A stretch of DNA of 64,000 nucleotides, taken from assembly GCA_964016885.1 (NCBI GenBank), contig OZ024744.1:132990001-133054000 (forward strand). The letters run 5' to 3'. A program made the translations under genes and the position numbers. Position 1 is the first letter of the stretch. Each line of letters starts with the position of its first letter. This DNA is from Eledone cirrhosa (lineage: Eukaryota). The notes under the pieces are model-generated. The model had not been told where the DNA came from, searched no databases, and worked only from the letters and a program-made list of their open reading frames with translations. Below, piece by piece: positions 27,300 through 42,900 of the stretch.

Positions 27300-30200
27300 C
27301 TTAACCCCAACTTAACTTAACCCCAACTTAACTCAACACCAACTTAACTCAACCCCAACTTAACTCAACCCCAATTTAACTCAACCCCAACTTAACTCAA
27401 CCCCAACTTAACTTAACCCCAACTTAACTGAACCCTAACTTAACTTAACCCCGACTTAACTTAACCCCGACTTAACTTAACCCCAACTTAACTTAACCCC
27501 AACTTAACTTAACCCCAACTTAACTTAACCCCAACTTAATTTAACCCCATCTTAACCCCAACTTAACTTAACCCCAACTTAACTGAACCCCAACTTAACT
27601 TAACCCCAACTTATATAAACCCCAACTTAACTTAACCCCAACTTAACTTAACCCCAACTTAACTTAACCCCAACTTAACTTAACACCAACTTAACGTAAC
27701 CCCAACTTAATTTAACCCCAACTTAAATTAACCCCAACTTAACTTGCCCCCAACTTAACTTACCCCCAACTTAACTTCACCCCACCTTAATTTAACCCCA
27801 ACTTAATTTAACCCCTACTTAACTTAAACCCAACTTAACTTAACCCCAACTTAACTTAACCCCAAATTAACTCAACCCCAACTTAACTCAACCCCAACTT
27901 AACTTAACCCCAACTTAACTTAACCCCAACTTAACTTAACCACAAATTAACTTAGCCCCAACTTAAATTAACCCCAACTTAACTCAACCACAACTTAACT
28001 TAACCCCGACTTAACTTAACCCCACCTTAACTTAACCTCAACTTAACTTAACTGCAACTTAACTTAACCCCAACTTAACTTAACCCCAACTTAACTCAAC
28101 ACCAACTTAACTCAACCCCAACTTAACTCAACCCCAACTTAACTTAACCCCAACTTAACTGAACCCTAACTTAACTTAACCCCGACTTAAATTAACCCCG
28201 ACTTAACTTAACCCCAACTTAACTTAACCCCAACTTAACTTAACCCCAACTTAACTTAACCCCAACTTAACTTAACCCCAACTTAAATTAACCCCAACTT
28301 AACTTAAACTCAACTTAACTAACCAACTTAACTTAACCCCAACTTAACTTAAACCCAACTTAACTTAACCCCAACTTAACTTAGCCCCAACTTAACTTAA
28401 CCCCAACTTAACTTAACCCCAAATTAAATTAACCTCAACTTAACTTAACCCCAACTTAACTTAACCCCGACTTAACTTAACCCCAACTTAACTTAGCCCC
28501 AACTTAACTTAGCCCCAACTTAACTTAGCCCCAACTTAACTTAACCCCAACTTAACTTAACCGCACCTTAACTTAACCCCAACTTAACTTAACCCCAACT
28601 TAACTCAAAACCAACTTAACTCAACCCCAACTTAACTCAACCCCAATTTAACTCAACCCCAACTTAACTCAACCCCAACTTAACTTAACCCCAACTTAAC
28701 TGAACCCTAACTTAACTTAACCCCGACTTAACTTAACCCCGACTTAACTTAACCCCAACTTAACTTAACCCCAACTTAACTTAACCCCAACTTAACTTAA
28801 CCCCAACTTAATTTAACCCCATCTTAACCCCAACTTATCTTAACCCCAACTTAACTGAACCCCAACTTAATTTAACCCCAACTTAAATAAACCCCAACTT
28901 AACTTAACCCCAACTTAACTTAACCCCAGCTTAACTTAACCCCAACTTAACTCAGCCCCAACTTAACTTAGCCCCAACTTAACTTAACCCCAACTTAACT
29001 TAACCCCAACTTAACTTAACCCCAACTTAACTTAACCCCAACTTAACTTAACCCCAACTTAACTTAAACCCAACTTAACTTAACCCCAACTTAAATTATC
29101 CCCAACTTAACTTATCCTCAACTTAACTTAACCCCAACTTAACTTAACCCCAACTTAACTTAACCCCAACTTAATTTAACCCCAACTTAACTTAACCTCA
29201 ACTTAACTTAACCCCAACTTAACTTAACCCCATCTTAACTTAACCCCAACTTAACTTAACCCCAACTTAACTTAACCCCAACTTAAATTAACCCCAACTT
29301 AACTTAACTCCAACTTAACTTAACCCCGACTTAACTTAACCCCAACTTAACTTAACCCCAACTTAACTTAACCCCAACTTAACTTAACCACAAATTAACT
29401 TAACCCCAACTTAACTTAACCCCAACTTAACTTAACCCCAACTTAACTTAACCCCAACTTAACTTAACCCCGACTTAACTTAACCCTAACTTAACTTAAC
29501 CCCAACTTAACCCCGACTTAACTTGACCCCAACTTAACTTAACCCCAACTTAACTCAACCCCAACTTAACTTAACCCCAACTTAACTCAGCCCCAACTTA
29601 ACTCAGCCCCAACTTAACTTAGCCACAACTTAACTTAACACCAACTTAACTTAACCCCAACTTAACTTAACCCCAACTTAACTCAATCCCAACTTAAATT
29701 AACCCCATCTTAACTTAACCCCAACTTAACTTAACCCCAACTTAATTAACCCCAACTTAAATTAACCCCAACTTAACTTAACACCAACTTAACGTAACCC
29801 CAACTTAAATAAACCCCAACTTAAATTAGCCCCAACTTAACTTAACCCCAACTTAACTTAACCCCAACTTAATTCAGCCCCAACTTAACTTAGCCTCAAC
29901 TTAACTTAACCCCAACTTAACTTAACCCCAACTTAACTTATCCCCAACTTAACTTAACCCCAACTTAACTTAAACCCAACTTAACTTAACCCCAACTTAA
30001 ATTATCCCCAACTTAACTTATCCCCAACTTAACTTAACCCCAACTTAAATTAACCCCAACTTAACTTAACCCCAACTTAATTTAACCCCAACTTAACTTA
30101 ACCCCAACTTAACTTAACCCCAACTTAACTTAACCACAAATTAACTTAACCCCAACTTAACTTAACCCCAACTTAACTTAACCCCAACTTAACTTAACCC

Positions 30201-33200
30201 CAACTTAACTTAACCCCAACTTAACTTAAACCTAACTTAACTTAACCCCAACTTAACCCCAACTTAACTTGACCCCAACTTAACTTAACCCCAACTTAAC
30301 TCAACCCCAACTTAACTTAACCCCAACTTAACTCAGCCCCAACTTAACTCAGCCCCAACTTAACTTAGCCCCAACTTAACTTAACCCCAACTTAACTTAT
30401 CCCCAACTTAACTGAACCCCAACTTAACTTAACCCCAACTTAATATAACCCCAACTTAACTTAACCCCAACTTAACTCAACCGCAACTTAAATTAACCCC
30501 ATCTTAACTTAACCCCAACTTAACTTAACCCCAACTTAATTAACCCCAACTTAAATTAACCCCAACTTAACTTAACACCAACTTAACGTAACCCCAACTT
30601 AAATAAACCCCAACTTAAATTAATCCCAACTTAACTTAACCCCAACTTAACTTAACCCCAACTTAACTCAGCGCCAACTTAACTTAGCCACAACTTAACT
30701 TAACACCAACTTAACTTAACCCCAACTTAACTTAACCCCAACTTAACTTAACCCCAACTTAACTTATCCCCAACTTAACTGAACCCCAACTTAACTTAAC
30801 CCCAACTTAATATAACCCCAACTTAACTTAACCCCAACTTAACTCAACCCCAACTTAAATTAACCCCATCTTAACTTAACCCCAACTTAACTTAACCCCA
30901 ACTTAATTAACCCCAACTTAAATTAACCCCAACTTAACTTAACACCAACTTAACGTAACCCCAACTTAAATAAACCCCAACTTAAATTAACCCCAACTTA
31001 ACTTAACCCCAACTTAACTTAACCCCGACTTAACTTAACCCCAACTTAACTTAAGCCCAACTTAACTTAACCCCAACTTAACTTAACCACAAATTAACTT
31101 AACCCCAACTTAACTTAACCCCAACTTAACTTAACCCCAACTTAACTTAACCCCAACTTAACTTAAACCTAACTTAACTTAACCCCAACTTAACCCCAAC
31201 TTAACTTGACCCCAACTTAACTTAACCCCAACTTAAATTAACCCCAACTTAACTTAAACCCAACTTAACTTAACCCCGACTTAACTTAACCCCAACTTAA
31301 CTTAACCCCAACTTAACTTAACCCCAACTTAACTTAACCACAAATTAACTTAACCCCAACTTAACTTAACCCCAACTTAATTTAACCCCAACTTAACTTA
31401 ACCCCAACTTAACTTAACCCCAACTTAACTTAAACCTAACTTAACTTAACCCCAACTTAACCCCAACTTAACTTGACCCCAACTTAACTTAAGCCCAACT
31501 TAACTCAGCCCCAACTTAACTCAGCCCCAACTTAAATTAGCCCCAACTTAACTTAACACCAACTTAACTTAACCCCAACTTAACTTAACCCCAACTTAAC
31601 TTAACCCCAACTTAACTTATCCCCAACTTAACTGAACCCCAACTTAACTTAACCCCAACTTAATATAACCCCAACTTAACTTAACCCCAACTTAACTCAA
31701 CCCCAACTTAAATTAACCCCAACTTAAATTAACCCCAACTTAACTTAACCCCAACTTAATTAACCCCAACTTAAATTAACCCCAACTTAACTTAACACCA
31801 ATTTAACGTAACCCCAACTTAAATAAACCCCAACTTAAATTAACCCCAACTTAACTTAACCCCAACATAACTTAACCCCAACTTAACTCAGCCCCAACTT
31901 AACTTAGCCCCAACTTAACTTAACCCCAACTTAACTTAACCCCAACTTAACTTAACCCCAACTTAACTTATCCCCAACTTAACTTATCCCCAACTTAACT
32001 TAAACCCAACTTAACTTAACCCCAACTTAAATTATCCCCAACTTAACTTATCCCCAACTTAACTTAACCCCAACTTAACTTAACCCCAACTTAACTCAAC
32101 ACCAACTTAACTCAACCCCAACTTAACTCAACCCCAATTTAACTCAACCCCAACTTAACTCAACCCCAACTTAACTTAACCCCAACTTAACTGAACCCTA
32201 ACTTAACTTAACCCCGACTTAACTTAACCCCGACTTAACTTAACCCCAACTTAACTTAACCCCAACTTAACTTAACCCCAACTTAACTTAACCCCAACTT
32301 AATTTAACCCCATCTTAACCCCAACTTAACTTAACCCCAACTTAACTGAACCCCAACTTAACTTAACCCCAACTTATATAAACCCCAACTTAACTTAACC
32401 CCAACTTAACTTAACCCCAACTTAACTTAACCCCAACTTAACTTAACACCAACTTAACGTAACCCCAACTTAATTTAACCCCAACTTAAATTAACCCCAA
32501 CTTAACTTGCCCCCAACTTAACTTACCCCCAACTTAACTTCACCCCACCTTAATTTAACCCCAACTTAATTTAACCCCTACTTAACTTAAACCCAACTTA
32601 ACTTAACCCCAACTTAACTTAACCCCAAATTAACTCAACCCCAACTTAACTCAACCCCAACTTAACTTAACCCCAACTTAACTTAACCCCAACTTAACTT
32701 AACCACAAATTAACTTAGCCCCAACTTAAATTAACCCCAACTTAACTCAACCACAACTTAACTTAACCCCGACTTAACTTAACCCCACCTTAACTTAACC
32801 TCAACTTAACTTAACTGCAACTTAACTTAACCCCAACTTAACTTAACCCCAACTTAACTCAACACCAACTTAACTCAACCCCAACTTAACTCAACCCCAA
32901 CTTAACTTAACCCCAACTTAACTGAACCCTAACTTAACTTAACCCCGACTTAAATTAACCCCGACTTAACTTAACCCCAACTTAACTTAACCCCAACTTA
33001 ACTTAACCCCAACTTAACTTAACCCCAACTTAACTTAACCCCAACTTAAATTAACCCCAACTTAACTTAAACTCAACTTAACTAACCAACTTAACTTAAC
33101 CCCAACTTAACTTAAACCCAACTTAACTTAACCCCAACTTAACTTAGCCCCAACTTAACTTAACCCCAACTTAACTTAACCCCAAATTAAATTAACCTCA

Positions 33201-36200
33201 ACTTAACTTAACCCCAACTTAACTTAACCCCGACTTAACTTAACCCCAACTTAACTTAACCCCAACTTAACTTAGCCCCAACTTAACTTAGCCCCAACTT
33301 AACTTAGCCCCAACTTAACTTAACCCCAACTTAACTTAACCGCACCTTAACTTAACCCCAACTTAACTTAACCCCAACTTAACTCAAAACCAACTTAACT
33401 CAACCCCAACTTAACTCAACCCCAATTTAACTCAACCCCAACTTAACTCAACCCCAACTTAACTTAACCCCAACTTAACTGAACCCTAACTTAACTTAAC
33501 CCCGACTTAACTTAACCCCGACTTAACTTAACCCCAACTTAACTTAACCCCAACTTAACTTAACCCCAACTTAACTTAACCCCAACTTAATTTAACCCCA
33601 TCTTAACCCCAACTTATCTTAACCCCAACTTAACTGAACCCCAACTTAATTTAACCCCAACTTAAATAAACCCCAACTTAACTTAACCCCAACTTAACTT
33701 AACCCCAGCTTAACTTAACCCCAACTTAACTCAGCCCCAACTTAACTTAGCCCCAACTTAACTTAACCCCAACTTAACTTAACCCCAACTTAACTTAACC
33801 CCAACTTAACTTAACCCCAACTTAACTTAACCCCAACTTAACTTAAACCCAACTTAACTTAACCCCAACTTAAATTATCCCCAACTTAACTTATCCTCAA
33901 CTTAACTTAACCCCAACTTAACTTAACCCCAACTTAACTTAACCCCAACTTAATTTAACCCCAACTTAACTTAACCTCAACTTAACTTAACCCCAACTTA
34001 ACTTAACCCCATCTTAACTTAACCCCAACTTAACTTAACCCCAACTTAACTTAACCCCAACTTAAATTAACCCCAACTTAACTTAACTCCAACTTAACTT
34101 AACCCCGACTTAACTTAACCCCAACTTAACTTAACCCCAACTTAACTTAACCCCAACTTAACTTAACCACAAATTAACTTAACCCCAACTTAACTTAACC
34201 CCAACTTAACTTAACCCCAACTTAACTTAACCCCAACTTAACTTAACCCCGACTTAACTTAACCCTAACTTAACTTAACCCCAACTTAACCCCGACTTAA
34301 CTTGACCCCAACTTAACTTAACCCCAACTTAACTCAACCCCAACTTAACTTAACCCCAACTTAACTCAGCCCCAACTTAACTCAGCCCCAACTTAACTTA
34401 GCCACAACTTAACTTAACACCAACTTAACTTAACCCCAACTTAACTTAACCCCAACTTAACTCAATCCCAACTTAAATTAACCCCATCTTAACTTAACCC
34501 CAACTTAACTTAACCCCAACTTAATTAACCCCAACTTAAATTAACCCCAACTTAACTTAACACCAACTTAACGTAACCCCAACTTAAATAAACCCCAACT
34601 TAAATTAGCCCCAACTTAACTTAACCCCAACTTAACTTAACCCCAACTTAACTCAGCCCCAACTTAACTTAGCCTCAACTTAACTTAACCCCAACTTAAC
34701 TTAACCCCAACTTAACTTATCCCCAACTTAACTTAACCCCAACTTAACTTAAACCCAACTTAACTTAACCCCAACTTAAATTATCCCCAACTTAACTTAT
34801 CCCCAACTTAACTTAACCCCAACTTAAATTAACCCCAACTTAACTTAACCCCAACTTAATTTAACCCCAACTTAACTTAACCCCAACTTAACTTAACCCC
34901 AACTTAACTTAACCACAAATTAACTTAACCCCAACTTAACTTAACCCCAACTTAACTTAACCCCAACTTAACTTAACCCCAACTTAACTTAACCCCAACT
35001 TAACTTAAACCTAACTTAACTTAACCCCAACTTAACCCCAACTTAACTTGACCCCAACTTAACTTAACCCCAACTTAACTCAACCCCAACTTAACTTAAC
35101 CCCAACTTAACTCAGCCCCAACTTAACTCAGCCCCAACTTAACTTAGCCCCAACTTAACTTAACCCCAACTTAACTTATCCCCAACTTAACTGAACCCCA
35201 ACTTAACTTAACCCCAACTTAATATAACCCCAACTTAACTTAACCCCAACTTAACTCAACCGCAACTTAAATTAACCCCATCTTAACTTAACCCCAACTT
35301 AACTTAACCCCAACTTAATTAACCCCAACTTAAATTAACCCCAACTTAACTTAACACCAACTTAACGTAACCCCAACTTAAATAAACCCCAACTTAAATT
35401 AATCCCAACTTAACTTAACCCCAACTTAACTTAACCCCAACTTAACTCAGCGCCAACTTAACTTAGCCACAACTTAACTTAACACCAACTTAACTTAACC
35501 CCAACTTAACTTAACCCCAACTTAACTTAACCCCAACTTAACTTATCCCCAACTTAACTGAACCCCAACTTAACTTAACCCCAACTTAATATAACCCCAA
35601 CTTAACTTAACCCCAACTTAACTCAACCCCAACTTAAATTAACCCCATCTTAACTTAACCCCAACTTAACTTAACCCCAACTTAATTAACCCCAACTTAA
35701 ATTAACCCCAACTTAACTTAACACCAACTTAACGTAACCCCAACTTAAATAAACCCCAACTTAAATTAACCCCAACTTAACTTAACCCCAACTTAACTTA
35801 ACCCCGACTTAACTTAACCCCAACTTAACTTAAGCCCAACTTAACTTAACCCCAACTTAACTTAACCACAAATTAACTTAACCCCAACTTAACTTAACCC
35901 CAACTTAACTTAACCCCAACTTAACTTAACCCCAACTTAACTTAAACCTAACTTAACTTAACCCCAACTTAACCCCAACTTAACTTGACCCCAACTTAAC
36001 TTAACCCCAACTTAAATTAACCCCAACTTAACTTAAACCCAACTTAACTTAACCCCGACTTAACTTAACCCCAACTTAACTTAACCCCAACTTAACTTAA
36101 CCCCAACTTAACTTAACCACAAATTAACTTAACCCCAACTTAACTTAACCCCAACTTAATTTAACCCCAACTTAACTTAACCCCAACTTAACTTAACCCC

Positions 36201-36870
36201 AACTTAACTTAAACCTAACTTAACTTAACCCCAACTTAACCCCAACTTAACTTGACCCCAACTTAACTTAAGCCCAACTTAACTCAGCCCCAACTTAACT
36301 CAGCCCCAACTTAAATTAGCCCCAACTTAACTTAACACCAACTTAACTTAACCCCAACTTAACTTAACCCCAACTTAACTTAACCCCAACTTAACTTATC
36401 CCCAACTTAACTGAACCCCAACTTAACTTAACCCCAACTTAATATAACCCCAACTTAACTTAACCCCAACTTAACTCAACCCCAACTTAAATTAACCCCA
36501 ACTTAAATTAACCCCAACTTAACTTAACCCCAACTTAATTAACCCCAACTTAAATTAACCCCAACTTAACTTAACACCAATTTAACGTAACCCCAACTTA
36601 AATAAACCCCAACTTAAATTAACCCCAACTTAACTTAACCCCAACATAACTTAACCCCAACTTAACTCAGCCCCAACTTAACTTAGCCCCAACTTAACTT
36701 AACCCCAACTTAACTTAACCCCAACTTAACTTAACCCCAACTTAACTTATCCCCAACTTAACTTATCCCCAACTTAACTTAAACCCAACTTAACTTAACC
36801 CCAACTTAAATTATCCCCAACTTAACTTATCCCCAACTTAACTTAACCCCAACTTAACTTAACCCCAACT
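27300..36870 (+). repeat. Higher-order tandem duplication, unit about 4.77 kb, 2 copies
   Basis: TTATATAAAC at 27611/32374 (offset 4763) and CAGCGCC at 30669/35448 (offset 4779, one extra monomer). Intermediate markers are in the same order. Confidence 0.83.
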
Positions 36871-36999
36871 TAACTTAACCCCAACTTAATTTAACCCCAA
36901 CTTAACTTAACCTCAACTTAACTTAACCCCAACTTAACTTAACCCCAACTTAACTTAACCCCAACTTAACTTAACCCCAACTTAACTTAACCCCAACTT

Positions 37000-39900
37000 A
37001 AATTAACCCCAACTTAACTTAACCCCAACTTAACTTAACCCCGACTTAACTTAACCCCAACTTAACTTAACCCCAACTTAACTTAACCCCAACTTAACTT
37101 AACCACAAATTAACTTAACCCCAACTTAACTTAACCCCAACTTAACTTAACCCCAACTTAACTTAACCCCAACTTAACTTAACCCCAACTTAACTTAAAC
37201 CTAACTTAACTTAACCCCAACTTAACCCCAACTTAACTTGACCCCAACTTAACTTAACCCCAACTTAACTCAACCACAACTTAACTTAACCCCAACTTAA
37301 CTCAGCCCCAACTTAACTCAGCCCCAATTTAACTTAGCCCCAACTTAACTTAACACCAACTTAACTTAACCCCAACTTAACTTAACCCCAACTTAACTTA
37401 ACCCCAACTTAACTTATCCCCAACTTAACTGAACTCCAACTTAACTCAACCCCAACTTAAATTAACCCCAACTTAACTTAACCCCAACTTAACTCAACCC
37501 CAACTTAATTAACCCCAACTTAAATTAACCCCAACTTAACTTAACACCAACTTAACGTAACCCCAACTTAATTTAACCCCAACTTAAATTAACCCCAACT
37601 TAACTTGCCCCCAACTTAACTTACCCCCAACTTAACTTAACCCCACCTTAATTTAACCCCAACTTAATTTAACCCCAACTTAACTTAAACCCAACTTAAC
37701 TTAACCCCAACTTAACTTAACCCCAAATTAACTCAACCCCAACTTAACTCAACCCCAACTTAACTTAACCCCAACTTAACTTAACCCCAACTTAACTTAA
37801 CCACAAATTAACTTAGCCCCAACTTAAATTAACCCCAACTTAACTCAACCACAACTTAACTTAACCCCGACTTAACTTAACCCCACCTTAACTTAACCTC
37901 AACTTAACTTAACTGCAACTTAACTTAACCCCAACTTAACTTAACCCCAACTTAACTCAACACCAACTTAACTCAACCGCAACTTAACTCAACGCCAATT
38001 TAACTCAACCCCAACTTAAATCAACCCCAACTTAACTTAACCCCAACTTAACTGAACCCTAACTTAACTTAACCCCGACTTAAATTAACCCCGACTTAAC
38101 TTAACCCCAACTTAACTTAACCCCAACTTAACTTAACCCCAACTTAACTTAACCCCAACTTAACTTAACCCCAACTTAAATTAACCCCAACTTAACTTAA
38201 ACTCAACTTAACTAACCAACTTAACTTAACCCCAACTTAACTTGACCCCAACTTAACTTAACCCCAACTTAACTTAAACCCAACTTAACTTAACCCCAAC
38301 TTAACTTAGCCCCAACTTAACTTAACCCCAACTTAACTTAACCCCAAATTAAATTAACCTCAACTTAACTTAACCCCAACTTAACTTAACCCCGACTTAA
38401 CTTAACCCCAACTTAACTTAGCCCCAACTTAACTTAGCCCCAACTTAACTTAGCCCCAACTTAACTTAACCCCAACTTAACTTAACCGCACCTTAACTTA
38501 ACCTCAACTTAACTTAACTGCAACTTAACTTAACCCCAACTTAACTCAACCCCAACTTAACTCAACCCCAATTTAACTCAACCCCAACTTAACTCAACCC
38601 CAACTTAACTTAACCCCAACTTAACTGAACCCTAACTTAACTTAACCCCGACTTAACTTAACCCCGACTTAACTTAACCCCAACTTAACTTAACCCCAAC
38701 TTAACTTAACCCCAACTTAACTTAACCCCAACTTAATTTAACCCCATCTTAACCCCAACTTATCTTAACCCCAACTTAACTGAACCCCAACTTAATTTAA
38801 CCCCAACTTAAATAAACCCCAACTTAACTTAACCCCAACTTAACTTAACCCCAGCTTAACTTAACCCCAACTTAACTCAGCCCCAACTTAACTTAGCCCC
38901 AACTTAACTTAACCCCAACTTAACTTAACCCCAACTTAACTTAACCCCAACTTAACTTAACCCCAACTTAACTTAAACCCAACTTAACTTAACCCCAACT
39001 TAAATTATCCCCAACTTAACTTATCCTCAACTTAACTTAACCCCAACTTAACTTAACCCCAACTTAACTTAACCCCAACTTAATTTAACCCCAACTTAAC
39101 TTAACCTCAACTTAACTTAACCCCAACTTAACTTAACCCCATCTTAACTTAACCCCAACTTAACTTAACCCCAACTTAACTTAACCCCAACTTAAATTAA
39201 CCCCAACTTAACTTAACCCCAACTTAACTTAACCCCGACTTAACTTAACCCCAACTTAACTTAACCCCAACTTAACTTAACCCCAACTTAACTTAACCAC
39301 AAATTAACTTAACCCCAACTTAACTTAACCCCAACTTAACTTAACCCCAACTTAACTTAACCCCAACTTAACTTAACCCCAACTTAACTTAACCCTAACT
39401 TAACTTAACCCCAACTTAACCCCGACTTAACTTGACCCCAACTTAACTTAACCCCAACTTAACTCAACCCCAACTTAACTTAACCCCAACTTAACTCAGC
39501 CCCAACTTAACTCAGCCCCAACTTAACTTAGCCACAACTTAACTTAACACCAACTTAACTTAACCCCAACTTAACTTAACCCCAACTTAACTCAATCCCA
39601 ACTTAAATTAACCCCATCTTAACTTAACCCCAACTTAACTTAACCCCAACTTAATTAACCCCAACTTAAATTAACCCCAACTTAACTTAACACCAACTTA
39701 ACGTAACCCCAACTTAAATAAACCCCAACTTAAATTAACCCCAACTTAACTTAACCCCAACTTAACTTAACCCCAACTTAACTCAGCCCCAACTTAACTT
39801 AGCCTCAACTTAACTTAACCCCAACTTAACTTAACCCCAACTTAACTTATCCCCAACTTAACTTAACCCCAACTTAACTTAAACCCAACTTAACTTAACC

Positions 39901-42900
39901 CCAACTTAAATTATCCCCAACTTAACTTATCCCCAACTTAACTTAACCCCAACTTAACTTAACCCCAACTTAATATAACCCCAACTTAACTTAACCCCAA
40001 CTTAACTCAACCCCAACTTAAATTAACCCCATCTTAACTTAACCCCAACTTAACTTAACCCCAACTTAATTAACCCCAACTTAAATTAACCCCAACTTAA
40101 CTTAACACCAACTTAACTTAACCCCAACTTAACTTAACCCCAACTTAACTTAACCCCAACTTAACTTATCCCCAACTTAACTGAACCCCAACTTAACTTA
40201 ACCCCAACTTAATATAACCCCAACTTAACTTAACCCCAACTTAACTCAACCCCAACTTAAATTAACCCCAACTTAAATTAACCCCAACTTAACTTAACCC
40301 CAACTTAATTAACCCCAACTTAAATTAACCCCAACTTAACTTAACACCAATTTAACGTAACCCCAACTTAAATAAACCCCAACTTAAATTAACCCCAACT
40401 TAACTTAACCCCAACATAACTTAACCCCAACTTAACTCAGCCCCAACTTAACTTAGCCCCAACTTAACTTAACCCCAACTTAACTTAACCCCAACTTAAC
40501 TTAACCCCAACTTAACTTATCCCCAACTTAACTTATCCCCAACTTAACTTAAACCCAACTTAACTTAACCCCAACTTAAATTATCCCCAACTTAACTTAT
40601 CCCCAACTTAACTTAACCCCAACTTAACTTAACCCCAACTTAACTTAACCCCAACTTAACTTAACCCCAACTTAACTTAACCCCAACTTAACTTAACCCC
40701 AACTTAACTTAACCCCAACTTAACTTAACCCCAACTTAACTTAACCCCAACTTAAATTAACCCCAACTTAACTTAACCCCAACTTAACTCAACCCCAACT
40801 TAAATTAACCCCAACTTAAATTAACCCCAACTTAACTTAACCCCAACTTAATTAACCCCAACTTAAATTAACCCCAACTTAACTTAACACCAATTTAACG
40901 TAACCCCAACTTAAATAAACCCCAACTTAAATTAACCCCAACTTAACTTAACCCCAACATAACTTAACCCCAACTTAACTCAGCCCCAACTTAACTTAGC
41001 CCCAACTTAACTTAACCCCAACTTAACTTAACCCCAACTTAACTTAACCCCAACTTAAATTAACCCCAACTTAACTTAACCCCAACTTAACTTAACCCCG
41101 ACTTAACTTAACCCCAACTTAACTTAACCCCAACTTAACTTAACCCCAACTTAACTTAACCACAAATTAACTTAACCCCAACTTAACTTAACCCCAACTT
41201 AACTTAACCCCAACTTAACTTAACCCCAACTTAACTTAAACCTAACTTAACTTAACCCCAACTTAACCCCAACTTAACTTGACCCCAACTTAACTTAACC
41301 CCAACTTAACTCAACCACAACTTAACTTAACCCCAACTTAACTCAGCCCCAACTTAACTCAGCCCCAACTTAACTTAGCCCCAACTTAACTTAACACCAA
41401 CTTAACTTAACCCCAACTTAACTTAACCCCAACTTAACTTAACCCCAACTTAACTTATCCCCAACTTAACTGAACTCCAACTTAACTCAACCCCAACTTA
41501 AATTAACCCCAACTTAACTTAACCCCAACTTAACTCAACCCCAACTTAATTAACCCCAACTTAAATTAACCCCAACTTAACTTAACACCAACTTAACGTA
41601 ACCCCAACTTAATTTAACCCCAACTTAAATTAACCCCAACTTAACTTGCCCCCAACTTAACTTACCCCCAACTTAACTTAACCCCACCTTAATTTAACCC
41701 CAACTTAATTTAACCCCAACTTAACTTAAACCCAACTTAACTTAACCCCAACTTAACTTAACCCCAAATTAACTCAACCCCAACTTAACTCAACCCCAAC
41801 TTAACTTAACCCCAACTTAACTTAACCCCAACTTAACTTAACCACAAATTAACTTAGCCCCAACTTAAATTAACCCCAACTTAACTCAACCACAACTTAA
41901 CTTAACCCCGACTTAACTTAACCCCACCTTAACTTAACCTCAACTTAACTTAACTGCAACTTAACTTAACCCCAACTTAACTTAACCCCAACTTAACTCA
42001 ACACCAACTTAACTCAACCGCAACTTAACTCAACGCCAATTTAACTCAACCCCAACTTAAATCAACCCCAACTTAACTTAACCCCAACTTAACTGAACCC
42101 TAACTTAACTTAACCCCGACTTAAATTAACCCCGACTTAACTTAACCCCAACTTAACTTAACCCCAACTTAACTTAACCCCAACTTAACTTAACCCCAAC
42201 TTAAATTAACCCCAACTTAACTTAAACTCAACTTAACTAACCAACTTAACTTAACCCCAACTTAACTTGACCCCAACTTAACTTAACCCCAACTTAACTT
42301 AAACCCAACTTAACTTAACCCCAACTTAACTTAGCCCCAACTTAACTTAACCCCAACTTAACTTAACCCCAAATTAAATTAACCTCAACTTAACTTAACC
42401 CCAACTTAACTTAACCCCGACTTAACTTAACCCCAACTTAACTTAGCCCCAACTTAACTTAGCCCCAACTTAACTTAGCCCCAACTTAACTTAACCCCAA
42501 CTTAACTTAACCGCACCTTAACTTAACCTCAACTTAACTTAACTGCAACTTAACTTAACCCCAACTTAACTCAACCCCAACTTAACTCAACCCCAATTTA
42601 ACTCAACCCCAACTTAACTCAACCCCAACTTAACTTAACCCCAACTTAACTGAACCCTAACTTAACTTAACCCCGACTTAACTTAACCCCGACTTAACTT
42701 AACCCCAACTTAACTTAACCCCAACTTAACTTAACACCAACTTAACTTAACCCCAACTTAATTTAACCCCATCTTAACCCCAACTTATCTTAACCCCAAC
42801 TTAACTGAACCCCAACTTAATTTAACCCCAACTTAAATAAACCCCAACTTAACTTAACCCCAACTTAACTTAACCCCAGCTTAACTTAACCCCAACTTAA

